Source of the DNA: Planctomycetota bacterium
GTDB taxonomy: Bacteria; Planctomycetota; B15-G4; SIAN01
DNA length: 64,000 nt
NCBI GenBank assembly: GCA_031409275.1
Contig: JANNXA010000030.1
Coordinates: 11,507-75,506 of the forward strand
Direction: 5' to 3'
This document shows, in pieces, positions 1 to 9,144 of this stretch (position 1 is its first letter; each line of letters opens with the position of its first letter). A program made the position numbers and the translations under genes. A model generated the notes under the pieces. It was not told the DNA's origin. It did not search any database and worked only from the letters and a program-made list of their open reading frames with translations.

Positions 1-1
1 T

Positions 2-460
2 CGCGGCAAATGCGACTTCAAGGTCGAGGCGGTCGGCGTCACCAGCGACTTCCAGGTGTTGACGCCTTCCGCGACGCTGGCCGTACGCGGTACGGGCTTC
101 TGCGTGGAATGGGGCGCGCTCGCCGGACTCGAAGTGACCGGCGTCGACACCAATCGCATTCGCGCGATCGAGGTGAGCTACGCCGAATCGCAGCACGCCG
201 TCTTCGTCTCCGGCGGCGGCAGCACCACGTCTCAGCTACCCGAACCGGTGCAGGTCGCGCTCTTCCACACCGTCTTCCCGCCGCCGAGCCCCGATCGTCA
301 AGTGCGGGACGATCGCCGCGACCCGAACGGTCGTCCGCCGCTGCCGCCGTTCCATCAGGACTTCCGACGCCAGCAACAGACTCACCATGGCGGCAGCGAC
401 ATCGGGAAGGACGTCAACAGCGGCCAAGGCTCGCCCGGGATTCCACCCGTGCACGGGTAG
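2..460 (+). CDS. FecR-domain protein, 5'-truncated by window edge
   Basis: Frame open from base 2 (RGKCDFKVEAVGVTSDFQVLTPSATLAVRGTGF), matching the FecR F-x-V-x-TP...VRGT-x-F signature; ends at TAG 458-460. Confidence 0.65.
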   Translation, partial: RGKCDFKVEAVGVTSDFQVLTPSATLAVRGTGFCVEWGALAGLEVTGVDTNRIRAIEVSYAESQHAVFVSGGGSTTSQLPEPVQVALFHTVFPPPSPDRQVRDDRRDPNGRPPLPPFHQDFRRQQQTHHGGSDIGKDVNSGQGSPGIPPVHG

Positions 461-514
461 TCGCCGGGGCGAGCGTCGCACGCTTGCCAGATGCTCCGCC
501 GGCGTCGAACGCGT

Positions 515-982
515 TCAGCGGAGGCACGACGAGCAGGCGACGTCGACCTGCGCGAGACGGATGTACTCGAGCGTCTCGATGAAGACCGAATACGAAGTGC
601 CGCACGTCGGCTTGACGAACTCGTAGAGAACCGAGCCGGTGGTGGCGAAGCCAGCCGTCTGGGTCCAGGTGTTCTCGTGGTAGTAGGACAAGCAAGTACC
701 GCCGAAGCCCAGCCGAACGGTGAACTTGCAAGCAGTGGCCGGGAGGCACGACATCAGGTCGCAAGTGCCGCTCTGCACCTGGGACAGTGTGATCGAAACG
801 TCCGAGCTGCAGTTGGGCGCGCCACCGAACGAGTAAGGCGTCGACGACGCCGTGCAGCCGGTGCAATCGGCCGGCGCGATGGGCGCCACCGGCGCGAGCG
901 GTGCCATCGGCGTCCTAGCCGGCAGTGCGAACGCGAACGCACTGGCCGCCAGCATCGAAGCGACGAAAACGGGGAGCTTCAT
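515..982 (-). CDS. Small secreted cysteine-rich hypothetical protein (155 aa, 10 Cys)
   Basis: GAGGAG RBS upstream of ATG at 982; signal peptide MKLPVFVASMLAASAFAFA; (xAP)n linker; CxxC near both ends. Confidence 0.7.
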   Translation of the reverse strand: MKLPVFVASMLAASAFAFALPARTPMAPLAPVAPIAPADCTGCTASSTPYSFGGAPNCSSDVSITLSQVQSGTCDLMSCLPATACKFTVRLGFGGTCLSYYHENTWTQTAGFATTGSVLYEFVKPTCGTSYSVFIETLEYIRLAQVDVACSSCLR

Positions 983-1023
983 CTCGATCTCCTCAACTTG
1001 GTCACGGGTCGAGGCCGGGGGGA

Positions 1024-1728
1024 TCAACGAGCACGGAGAGTGCTGAAGAAGTCCTTCACTTCGCCATCGAGTTCTTCCTCGATGGCGCGCTGGATCTCGT
1101 AAGTGGCGTCGAGCTCGGGGTACTCGTCACGTTTGATCGTGTAGACGAGCGACTTGCCGTCGCGGCAGACGAGCCCGCTGACCAGCGTGTCGCCGAACGG
1201 ACGAGCCGTTGCGACGGTTCCTTGCGGCAGCTCTTCGACATCGTTTCGCTCGAGCTTCGCGGCGCAGATGTCCTCTTGCAGGATCTCGCGAACGACGAGC
1301 GCTTCGAGCAGGTCGTCGCGATGATCCTCGATCATCTCCGCCAATCGAGTCATCTGCTCCGGCGACAGGACGAGGCCATCGGGATTCATCCGCGGACTGG
1401 CCACGATCGCGTCGGCGCCCGGAAGCGCTTCGCTCGGCCTCGATTGGAGCAGGACGCGCATCGTCCTCTCGCGTTGCGCGGGGTCGAACCGATCGGCGGC
1501 TGACGCCACCACGACGGCTCCCTGATCGGCTTTCTGCTGGGTCGACCCGGTTGCCGCCGCGTCGGCGTTCAAGACTGCGTCCACGGGCAGGGGCATCGTG
1601 TTCGGCTCGACCACGGCTTCGGTCGAGGCCGCCGGCGGGGCCATCACGACGTTGCGCGAACCGCTGCCGACGAGGTAGCCGACCAAGAGCCCTGCGATCA
1701 TCGAAAGGACGATGCCGAAGTTCTTCAT
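1024..1728 (-). CDS. Hypothetical protein with N-terminal membrane anchor or signal
   Basis: 234-aa ORF with hydrophobic N-terminus (MKNFGIVLSMIAGLLVGYLVG) and acidic globular body. Confidence 0.7.
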   Translation of the reverse strand: MKNFGIVLSMIAGLLVGYLVGSGSRNVVMAPPAASTEAVVEPNTMPLPVDAVLNADAAATGSTQQKADQGAVVVASAADRFDPAQRERTMRVLLQSRPSEALPGADAIVASPRMNPDGLVLSPEQMTRLAEMIEDHRDDLLEALVVREILQEDICAAKLERNDVEELPQGTVATARPFGDTLVSGLVCRDGKSLVYTIKRDEYPELDATYEIQRAIEEELDGEVKDFFSTLRAR

Positions 1729-1875
1729 GAGATCCGCCCGGCGAGTGTGAGGCCAACGGCCTTCCGCAACTGTCGCCAGTAACTAGCACGCGCCCGAACG
1801 ACGCGATACCGCGACTTGTCGCACGCGTTAGCGGGATTCACCGACCTTCAACAGGGTTTTCACCGTTTGCGACGT

Positions 1876-2808
1876 TCATCGATCAGGCTTTTCCAGCGCA
1901 ACGACGATCGCCGCACGGCGCGCTCCCGTCCGCAACGCGAGTTGCAGCGACTTGCGCGGCTCGAACACGATCGTCTCGACGAACACGTGCGTCGTCGCTT
2001 CGGCGACGTCGCTCCACGCGACGGTGCCCGCGCGATCGAAGGCGATGTCATGCACGATCAGTTCGCCGAAGCCGTTGTCGTCCGTCGGCGGCGTCTCCTG
2101 ACCGACCAGCAACGCTTCGTGTTCCGCCAGCAGCACGTTGAAGCACTTCGGGCCTGCCTTCGGCGTCGCCGCGTACACCAACGTCGCCACCGGCGTGTGT
2201 TTGGCCAGCTCGAGTCGCTGCGCGAGCCACACCGACGGCAGCTTGAACCAGTCGACGGTCGCACCACTGACCTTCTTGCTGGCGCCCCCCACGATCGTCA
2301 GCGGCACCGTCAAGCGGTCCGCGCCGAAGGTGACGGTGATGGCCAGCGCGCGCAGCTCCGGGTCGACCTGCTCGGTGGCCGGCCTGGCCGTGATCTCGAG
2401 CGCGCGGCTTGGCGGCTCGGCGCGAGTCAACGTCCCGAGCACCGCGAGGTGATCACCCCCCGCGGCGGCCCACCGGCCAGCGCCATCGAGCTGCAGCTGC
2501 AGTCGCTGCGCGTCGGGTCGCGCGATCCAGGCCCGGTAGTGGCCCGGCGCGATGACGCTCTCCTCGGTGATCAGCGGTGCCGACGTCTGCAGCGTCGTGA
2601 TCGCCCCGCCCCCGAGTCGCCACGTCTCGCCGACGCGCAGCTCTTCGAGCGTGTGCTTGCCGGCGCTGACGACTCCGTAGTCGAGGAGCGCTGCGTGCCC
2701 CTGCCAGTCGACCTTCGCCTGCGCGCGCGACTCCATGCGCGCGGGCACGATCGCGAGCAGCGCCGCAAGCACGGCGACGGCCGCGCCCGTCGCGGCGTCG
2801 AGCCTCAC
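1876..2808 (-). CDS. Secreted DUF2911-like protein
   Basis: GTG at 2808 overlaps the upstream TGA (GTGA); signal peptide; LDYG...WRLG...TTLQT...IAPGHY resembles DUF2911. Confidence 0.55.
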   Translation of the reverse strand: MRLDAATGAAVAVLAALLAIVPARMESRAQAKVDWQGHAALLDYGVVSAGKHTLEELRVGETWRLGGGAITTLQTSAPLITEESVIAPGHYRAWIARPDAQRLQLQLDGAGRWAAAGGDHLAVLGTLTRAEPPSRALEITARPATEQVDPELRALAITVTFGADRLTVPLTIVGGASKKVSGATVDWFKLPSVWLAQRLELAKHTPVATLVYAATPKAGPKCFNVLLAEHEALLVGQETPPTDDNGFGELIVHDIAFDRAGTVAWSDVAEATTHVFVETIVFEPRKSLQLALRTGARRAAIVVALEKPDR

Positions 2809-4307
2809 GAGCCCGCCTTGTCGGCAGCCAGGAACTCGCGCAGCTCGCGCGCGAGCGTCCGGCGGCTCGGCTCGTTCACGTACATCATGTGGCCAGCCGG
2901 ATAGGTGCGCAGCGTCACGCGAGCGCGGTCCATCGTGCTGCATTCGACATTGCGTTCCGCGGCGAAGAAGGTCGTCGCGACGTCATAGAGCCCGCTGCCG
3001 ATGAAGACGCGCAGGTCTGGATTCTCGGCCATCGCGCGCGCGAGCGTGCCCGAAACGTCGACGTAGCCGCTGAAGGCGCTCGACGCGACGGCCGGGCGCT
3101 TCCACCGGTCGCCCGCATCCGCGCTCATCACGGCGTAGTCGCGATCGACTTCGACCCCGAGCTCCTTGCGCAGGTAGTCCATGAAGGTCGCCACGTACGC
3201 GCCGCTGATGCCGGCGCTCATCGGATCCCCGCTCGGAACCTCGCCGACGGCGTCCTCTTCGGCCCCGGTGTAGCGGGTATCGAGGCGCCCCACCACGAGG
3301 CCGCGCTCGCGCAGCAGCTCGCGGCGGAAGCGGTCGGTCGACACCTTCAGGTTCGCGCGACGGATGAAGTCAGGCGACAGCCCCGTGTAGCGATGGAGCT
3401 TCCCGACCAGCGCCTCGCGACGCGCGTCGCTGATGGCACGGCCGGCGAACAGAGCTGGCACGTACTCGTCGCTGACGAAAGCGCGCACCTCCGCCAGGAA
3501 CGGCTCGAGCTCCGCGGGCTTGGGTTTCAGCGCGTCGTGGTACCACGCCGTCGCCGCGAACGTCGGCAGGACGGTCGCATACGCCGCGTCGTTCTCCTGG
3601 CCGTCGACGACTTCCATGTCGAGTGCCGGCGAGATCAGCATCACGCCGTTGAACGCGACCGAGTTCATCCCGTTCTGCAGCGCGTGCACCACCAGCGGCG
3701 CACGGATGCCGCCGTAGCTTTCGCCGAGCAGGTACTTCGGCGAGGCCCAGCGCTCGTGGTCCGTGATCCAGCGCCGGATGAAGCGGGCGACGGAAACCGC
3801 GTCCTCGTCGACCCCCCAGTGATCGGCGACATCGCCTTTGCCCACCACGCGGCTCAGTCCGGTGCCGATCGGATCGACCATCACCAGATCGCTGCTCGCC
3901 AGCAACGAGTCCGGGTTGTCCTTCAGCACATAGGGCGGCGCCCCCGCCGACTGCGCGTCGCTTGGCACTTGCACGACCTTCGGACCGAGCAGGCCAAGGT
4001 GGAGCCAGACGGACGACGAGCCGGGACCGCCGTTGAACGCGAACGTCACCGGGCGAGTCGCGGCTGGCTCGTCGAGCGCGAGGTAGGCCACCGCGAAGAA
4101 CTCGGCGACCGGCTCGCCCTTGTCGTCACGCAACAGCGTCGTTTCGGCCAGCGCGTTGTAGTCGAGCGACTTCGTCGCGAGTGCGAGCGTGTGGCGGCTC
4201 TCGAAACGAAGCGCCACGGGCTCGGCGCCGACCGGCTTCGCTTCCTGCGCCGGCAACGACGCCACGAGCGGGAACGATGGGGCCAGGAGGAGCAGCGCAA
4301 CGCGCAT
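2805..4307 (-). CDS. Serine carboxypeptidase, peptidase S10 family
   Basis: NGGPGSSS, DPIGTGLS, GESYGG (nucleophile) and AGHMMY motifs; signal peptide. Confidence 0.93.
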   Translation of the reverse strand: MRVALLLLAPSFPLVASLPAQEAKPVGAEPVALRFESRHTLALATKSLDYNALAETTLLRDDKGEPVAEFFAVAYLALDEPAATRPVTFAFNGGPGSSSVWLHLGLLGPKVVQVPSDAQSAGAPPYVLKDNPDSLLASSDLVMVDPIGTGLSRVVGKGDVADHWGVDEDAVSVARFIRRWITDHERWASPKYLLGESYGGIRAPLVVHALQNGMNSVAFNGVMLISPALDMEVVDGQENDAAYATVLPTFAATAWYHDALKPKPAELEPFLAEVRAFVSDEYVPALFAGRAISDARREALVGKLHRYTGLSPDFIRRANLKVSTDRFRRELLRERGLVVGRLDTRYTGAEEDAVGEVPSGDPMSAGISGAYVATFMDYLRKELGVEVDRDYAVMSADAGDRWKRPAVASSAFSGYVDVSGTLARAMAENPDLRVFIGSGLYDVATTFFAAERNVECSTMDRARVTLRTYPAGHMMYVNEPSRRTLARELREFLAADKAGS

Positions 4308-4400
4308 GGAAGGACCTCGCAAAAGGACAAGGGGTGGGCCCCGGATCGAATCGCGTCGCCGTCATACGACCTCGGCGCGCGAGCGGTGCCCGCCGATCCC

Positions 4401-5021
4401 TCACCACTCCACCACGACGGGGGCGTGGCTCGGCCGATCGCGGGCATCGCAAGTCGAGGCGTTCACGAAGGTGGTGCCGTCGCGATCGATGCGCCCATGG
4501 CTCTCGTGGATGTGGCCGAACACATGGAGGCGCGGACGCACGCGCGCCACCGCCAGCGCGAGTTCCTCGCAACCCACCGGCTCGCCACGCCAGGTCGCGT
4601 CGAGCGTCCCTTTCGGCGGGCCATGGGTGACCAGGACGTCGATGCCGGCCGGGATCAGCTCCCACTTCGCGCGCAGCGGCGCACCGCGATCGAGGTTGAA
4701 CGCCCAACGGAAGAAGCGCGGCTGCCAGGGGCTGCCCCAGACGCGCACTCCCTCGATCGTCGCCTCGCCATCCTCGAGGTAGGTCGCGTTCGTGAGCAAC
4801 TCGCGCGCGAGCGCGGGCTCGCGCTCGAAGAGCCAGTCGTGGTTTCCGGCGATCACCACTTTGTGGCGATGAGGTTGGCGCCCGAGCCACGCGTTGAACT
4901 CGGTGATCTCTGACACCGTCCCCATGCTGGTCGAATCGCCCGCGTGGACGAGGAGGTCGCCATCGGGAAGCGTCAGGCGCCCGTGCCGGCAGTGCGTATC
5001 GCTGATCAGCACCAATCGCAC
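4401..5021 (-). CDS. Calcineurin-like metallophosphoesterase (MPPED-like)
   Basis: SDTH, HAGD, AGNHD, THGPP and FGHIHE motifs. Confidence 0.93.
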   Translation of the reverse strand: MRLVLISDTHCRHGRLTLPDGDLLVHAGDSTSMGTVSEITEFNAWLGRQPHRHKVVIAGNHDWLFEREPALARELLTNATYLEDGEATIEGVRVWGSPWQPRFFRWAFNLDRGAPLRAKWELIPAGIDVLVTHGPPKGTLDATWRGEPVGCEELALAVARVRPRLHVFGHIHESHGRIDRDGTTFVNASTCDARDRPSHAPVVVEW

Positions 5022-5091
5022 GGGCGCCCGCCTCCTCTCAGAGCACGCGCAACGACGAACGCGTCGCGCAGAGACCGACCGAGAGAGGCTC

Positions 5092-5595
5092 TCAGGCGTT
5101 GCGGAACTGCGCGATGTCGCCCGGGCGGCGCAGCATCTTGTCGACCTCGCCTTGGTGCATCTCCTCGGTCATCAACATCTGCCGGCAATACTCCTCCAGC
5201 ATCACCGACTTGCCCTCGACCAACGCCAGCAGCTTCTCATAGAGGACGAACGTCGCGCGCTCGTGGTCGAGCGACTCGCGCAGGATGTCGCTGATCTCGT
5301 GCTGCTCCGTCTCGAGCAGGGGACCGATGCCGAGCGACGGGTGCGCGCCCAGATGGGTCACGTACTCGCCTGCCTGCTGCGCGTGAGTCATCGATTCCTG
5401 CGCCTGCGCGCGCAGCCAACTGACGATCGGGATGCGGTGGAAGCCGTAGACCATCAGCGAGTAGTGCGTGTAACGAACAGCTCCGGCGAGCTCCATCTCG
5501 AGGATGTGGTTCAACACCTCGACGACGGCCTTCACATCAAACGAGCTCTTCGTCGGTGCGCGGCTCGGGGCGCTGGCGGTACGGGGCTTGGCCAT
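5092..5595 (-). CDS. Bacterioferritin / ferritin-like diiron protein
   Basis: Four-helix ferritin pattern (EMELAGAVRY, QESMTH, EEMH); 167 aa. Confidence 0.8.
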   Translation of the reverse strand: MAKPRTASAPSRAPTKSSFDVKAVVEVLNHILEMELAGAVRYTHYSLMVYGFHRIPIVSWLRAQAQESMTHAQQAGEYVTHLGAHPSLGIGPLLETEQHEISDILRESLDHERATFVLYEKLLALVEGKSVMLEEYCRQMLMTEEMHQGEVDKMLRRPGDIAQFRNA

Positions 5596-5900
5596 GGCGA
5601 TCGCTGATCTCCTGGGGGGCGGGAATGATCGGCGCAGGATAAGAGCGCCGAACAGAATCGACGCGTCGCGCCGAGACCGAGCGAGGCCGCCCAGGACGAG
5701 GAGGCCGAAGCAGGCGACTCTGAAGATTCGCCGATGGAGGTCGACGAAGTCCTGGGGGGCCGCAGCCGGTCGAACGCAGCGGGCATTCTGTCAGGCGCTC
5801 GATGCAGTCGAACCATCGCAAACGCCAGCCGCGTGGCAGCGTACGCTGCTGCGCATCGATCGGCCGGGCTTCGAACGCCCAGGACAACGGAGGATGCACG

Positions 5901-7211
5901 ATGCTCGCCTGGACCACGCTCTTGCTGCTCGGCAACGGCTCCGACCTGTTGCCACCCGTCCTACTTGAAGCGGACGGGAAGCCGATCGACGCCGAGCAGA
6001 TCGGCCATGCCGCGCCGTTCTTCGGCGACTTCGACGACGACGGCATCAACGACCTGCTGGTCGGCCAGTTCGCCGGTGGCATCGTCCGCATCTACAAGAA
6101 CCTCGGCACCAACCAGGCGCCGAAGCTCGCAGCCGGCGTGACGTTCCAAGATGGCCGCCCTGAAGGCGTCGTCCCAACGGGCTGATGCGTCGGCTTTGGT
6201 CCCCAGTTGGTGGACCTCGATCACGACGGCAACCTCGATCTCCTCTCCGGCTCCTGGCCGGGCGAGCTCTTCTTCTTCGCGCGCCAGCCCGACCTCAGCT
6301 TTGCGCCGCCGGAGATGCTGAAGCACCACGACGGCGAGTTCATCTGCATCGGCGGCGGCGTCAGCGACAAGCCCGATCAGCTGTTGGTCACCGGCAACGC
6401 GGAGTTCGTCACCGAAGGGACCGGCATGGTCCTCAAGTACCACGGCAAGACGCTGCACCCGAAACCAGGGCAGTCGCTGGCCACCACCGGCACTGCGGCG
6501 TCGGTCTTCGCCGTCGACTGGGACGCGGATGGTGATCACGACCTGCTGGTCGGCGACATCGGCGGCAGCGTCTGGCTCGTGCGCAACAACGGAACTCCGA
6601 CGGCATGGAAGTTCTCCGAAGCGATCGCCGTGCACGCAGGCGGCGAGGCGCTCCGCGTGGAAGGCGATGCGGGGCCCCACTGCGCCGACTGGGATGGCGA
6701 CGGCGACTTCGACCTGCTCGTCGGCGATGGCTCCGGCAAGGTCTCGTGGTTCCGCAACGACGGCACCGCCAGCGAGCCGAAGCTGGCCGCGGCGCAGGAG
6801 CTGGTCGGCGAAGGCAACCCGGGCTACGGCGACGACGCGCCGACGACTCCCACCCGCGGCGGACGCGCCAAGGTCTGCACCGCCGACTGGAACGGCGACG
6901 GTCAGCTCGACCTGCTGCTCGGCGACTACGGCAACCTGAAACCGCCACCGCAACCCGTCACGCCGGAACAGGCGAAGCGCCACGCGGCGTTGCGCGAAGA
7001 ACTCGCGACGCTCGAAACGGAGTTCAACCCGTTGGCCTACTCCCCGCCGCCCGCCAACGAGAGTGACGCCGCGAAGCAGCAGCGCGTGGCACGCATCAGC
7101 GAGCTGCAGATTCGCGTCCTCGCCATCCGCAACCAGCTCCCTCGCGAAACCGAGTCGCACGGCTGGGTCTGGCTCTTCCTGCGCGCACCAAAGGCCGCCC
7201 GCGGCGAATGA
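5901..7211 (+). CDS. FG-GAP/VCBS repeat beta-propeller protein with in-frame TGA (6183-6185), candidate selenoprotein
   Basis: GGAGG RBS before ATG 5901; ORFs 5802-6185 and 6207-7211 are in one frame separated only by TGA; read-through gives VPTG-U-CVGFGPQLVDLDHDGNLDLL; five DxDxDGxxDLL-type repeats; hairpin downstream of TGA. Confidence 0.8.
6186..6231 (+). promoter_or_regulatory. Putative bacterial SECIS stem-loop
   Basis: Upper stem GGTCCCC (6198-6204) pairs with GG-T-GGACC (6209-6216, bulged T), loop AGTT with G at position 2, starting 19 nt after the TGA; lower stem TGCGTCG (6186-6192) with CGACGGCA (6224-6231). Confidence 0.6.
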
Positions 7212-7215
7212 GCGG

Positions 7216-8190
7216 GTGATCCGCAGCCTCGGCCACCTCCTCGAAATCGGCGCGGCGGTCGCGGTGCTTTGCACTGCCGCCTGTCGTACCGAGCCGTCGC
7301 CGTCGCCGGCCCGGACGCCGGCCCCGCGCGCCCCGAGCGAATGGCTGCAGCGCGCGATCGAGCAACGAGTCGACTCGCTCGACGGGGTGGCGGGCTGCTT
7401 CGTGGCGCGCCTCGGTGACGGTGGCGTCATCGAGCCGATCGTCGCGCTTCGAGCCGACGAGCTCTTCCCGGCAGCGAGCCTGATCAAGGTCCCGATCCTG
7501 ATCGCGCTCTTCGAGCGGATCGAGCGCGGCGAGCTCGCCTTTCGCCAGCAACTGCGCTTCGACGCCACGCGCGCGACCGACGACGGCGACGATCTGCTCG
7601 CCCGCTTCGCGGACGGCGAGACGATCGACGTCGCGCACCTCGTCGCGCTGATGTGCACCTTCAGCGACAACTCGGCGAGCCTCTGGCTGCAGGAGCTGGC
7701 CGGCGGCGGAATGGCCATCAACGGCTGGCTGGCGACGCACGGCTTCGAGCAGACCCGAGTCAACTCGCGCACCGCGGGCCGCGAAGCGGAACAGCAGGAG
7801 TGGGGCTGGGGACAGACGACCCCGCGCGAGGTGGCGCGACTCCTCGCCTGCATCCGCGCGCGCCGCGCCGTTTCCATGGCGGCGGACCTCGAGATGGAGC
7901 GCGCCTTGTCGCGCAGCTTCTGGACGGGCGAGGCGCTCTCCGTATTGCCGCCGCAGGTGCACGCACTATCGAAGCAGGGCGCCGTGAACCGCTCGCGCTC
8001 CGAGGTGCTCCTCGTCGACGCGCGAAGCGGCCCCTACCTCTTCTGCGCGATCACCAAGGCGCAGGCCGACACGAGCTGGACGCACGAGAACGCCGGTTTC
8101 GAGCTGTTGCGCGACCTTTCAGCGCTGACGTGGCGCTGGTTCGAACCCGACACGCCGCAAGTCCCGGTCGGCGATCGACGATTCGAGTAG
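7216..8190 (+). CDS. Class A beta-lactamase-like serine hydrolase, probable lipoprotein
   Basis: SLIK (SxxK), SDN, TTPRE and KQG (KTG-like) motifs; lipobox-like TAAC; GTG start 4 nt after upstream stop. Confidence 0.85.
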   Translation: MIRSLGHLLEIGAAVAVLCTAACRTEPSPSPARTPAPRAPSEWLQRAIEQRVDSLDGVAGCFVARLGDGGVIEPIVALRADELFPAASLIKVPILIALFERIERGELAFRQQLRFDATRATDDGDDLLARFADGETIDVAHLVALMCTFSDNSASLWLQELAGGGMAINGWLATHGFEQTRVNSRTAGREAEQQEWGWGQTTPREVARLLACIRARRAVSMAADLEMERALSRSFWTGEALSVLPPQVHALSKQGAVNRSRSEVLLVDARSGPYLFCAITKAQADTSWTHENAGFELLRDLSALTWRWFEPDTPQVPVGDRRFE

Positions 8191-8223
8191 GCCGAGCCGC
8201 CGCGGCGCGCGTGGCGGCGCCGC

Positions 8224-9144
8224 CTACTCGTCGTCTTCGTCTTCGCTGTCGGCGAACAGCGGCCCGAGCGCGATGGCCGCGGCGACGATGGCGGCGGAGC
8301 GGTAGACCGGCTCGAGCGCGGCGGTCAACGAATCGCTGCCGCGCCAGAACGGGAACGGACCGAGGCGACGCAGCAGCGCGCCCGGCTGCGACGGGATCGC
8401 GTTGGCGCCGCCGGGAAGCGGCGGCAGCTCGGCGCCCAGCCAATAGGCGGCGGGATCACTCGCCGGGACGGGATGGTTCTCCGGCGGTGGTGGCGGCGGC
8501 AATGGCGCGGGGGCCTCGCCGCGCGCCGCTTCACCCGCTGCACCCAGCCGCGTGATCAGCTCCTTGCGCGCCATTCCGCGCAACGCCAGCAGCAGCAGCG
8601 GATCGCGCTCGAGCTCGGCGGCGAAGACGCAGCAGGTGGCCGCGGCGTGACGGCACGGCTGCTCCGGCTCGTCGCAATCGCACTGCACCGTCCACTCGCT
8701 GCGCTCTTCCGGCAGCAGCACGGCACCGACGGCAGCGAAGGCGTTCTCGAACTCGCCCGGCAGCTCGCCCGCCAGCAGCTTCGCGGCGACGAACGTCGGT
8801 TGCACCAGGCTCGCCAGCGCGGCGTCGATCTTCGCCGGCGCGATCGGCTCGACCGTGATCACGACATCGTGCGTCGCCTTCACGATTCCCTGGACCGACG
8901 CGATCAGCTTGCCGGTCTCGACATCGAGCGTGCGCACGAGGCCGTGGCGCGCATCGCCGCGGCCGCGCGCCAGGCGCAGCCCGAAGCCGAAATGCTCCAC
9001 CACTTCGAGGAAGCGGCGCGCCCACTCGCTGCGCGCCGAACGGGCGGTGCGAACTTCGGACTTGAGCCCGCCGGCGGCCGCGCGCGGTCGCGCGCCGCGG
9101 AAGCCGCTTGGGTCGGGGTCGCGATACCAGCGTCCGCGCTTCAT
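8224..9144 (-). CDS. SWIM zinc-finger protein (SNF2-associated)
   Basis: CDC-x6-CRH SWIM motif, RLARGR and DPLLLLALRG; ATG overlaps the SNF2 stop (ATGA). Confidence 0.88.
   Translation of the reverse strand: MKRGRWYRDPDPSGFRGARPRAAAGGLKSEVRTARSARSEWARRFLEVVEHFGFGLRLARGRGDARHGLVRTLDVETGKLIASVQGIVKATHDVVITVEPIAPAKIDAALASLVQPTFVAAKLLAGELPGEFENAFAAVGAVLLPEERSEWTVQCDCDEPEQPCRHAAATCCVFAAELERDPLLLLALRGMARKELITRLGAAGEAARGEAPAPLPPPPPPENHPVPASDPAAYWLGAELPPLPGGANAIPSQPGALLRRLGPFPFWRGSDSLTAALEPVYRSAAIVAAAIALGPLFADSEDEDDE

Noticed and set aside
5802..6185. Treating 5802-6185 and 6207-7211 as two separate genes
   Set aside because: Same frame, continuous repeat pattern across the TGA, and no RBS or signal peptide for the second part.
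7216..8190. Bona fide antibiotic-resistance class A beta-lactamase
   Set aside because: KQG replaces KTG and no clear omega-loop ExxLN is present; better described as a beta-lactamase-like serine hydrolase.
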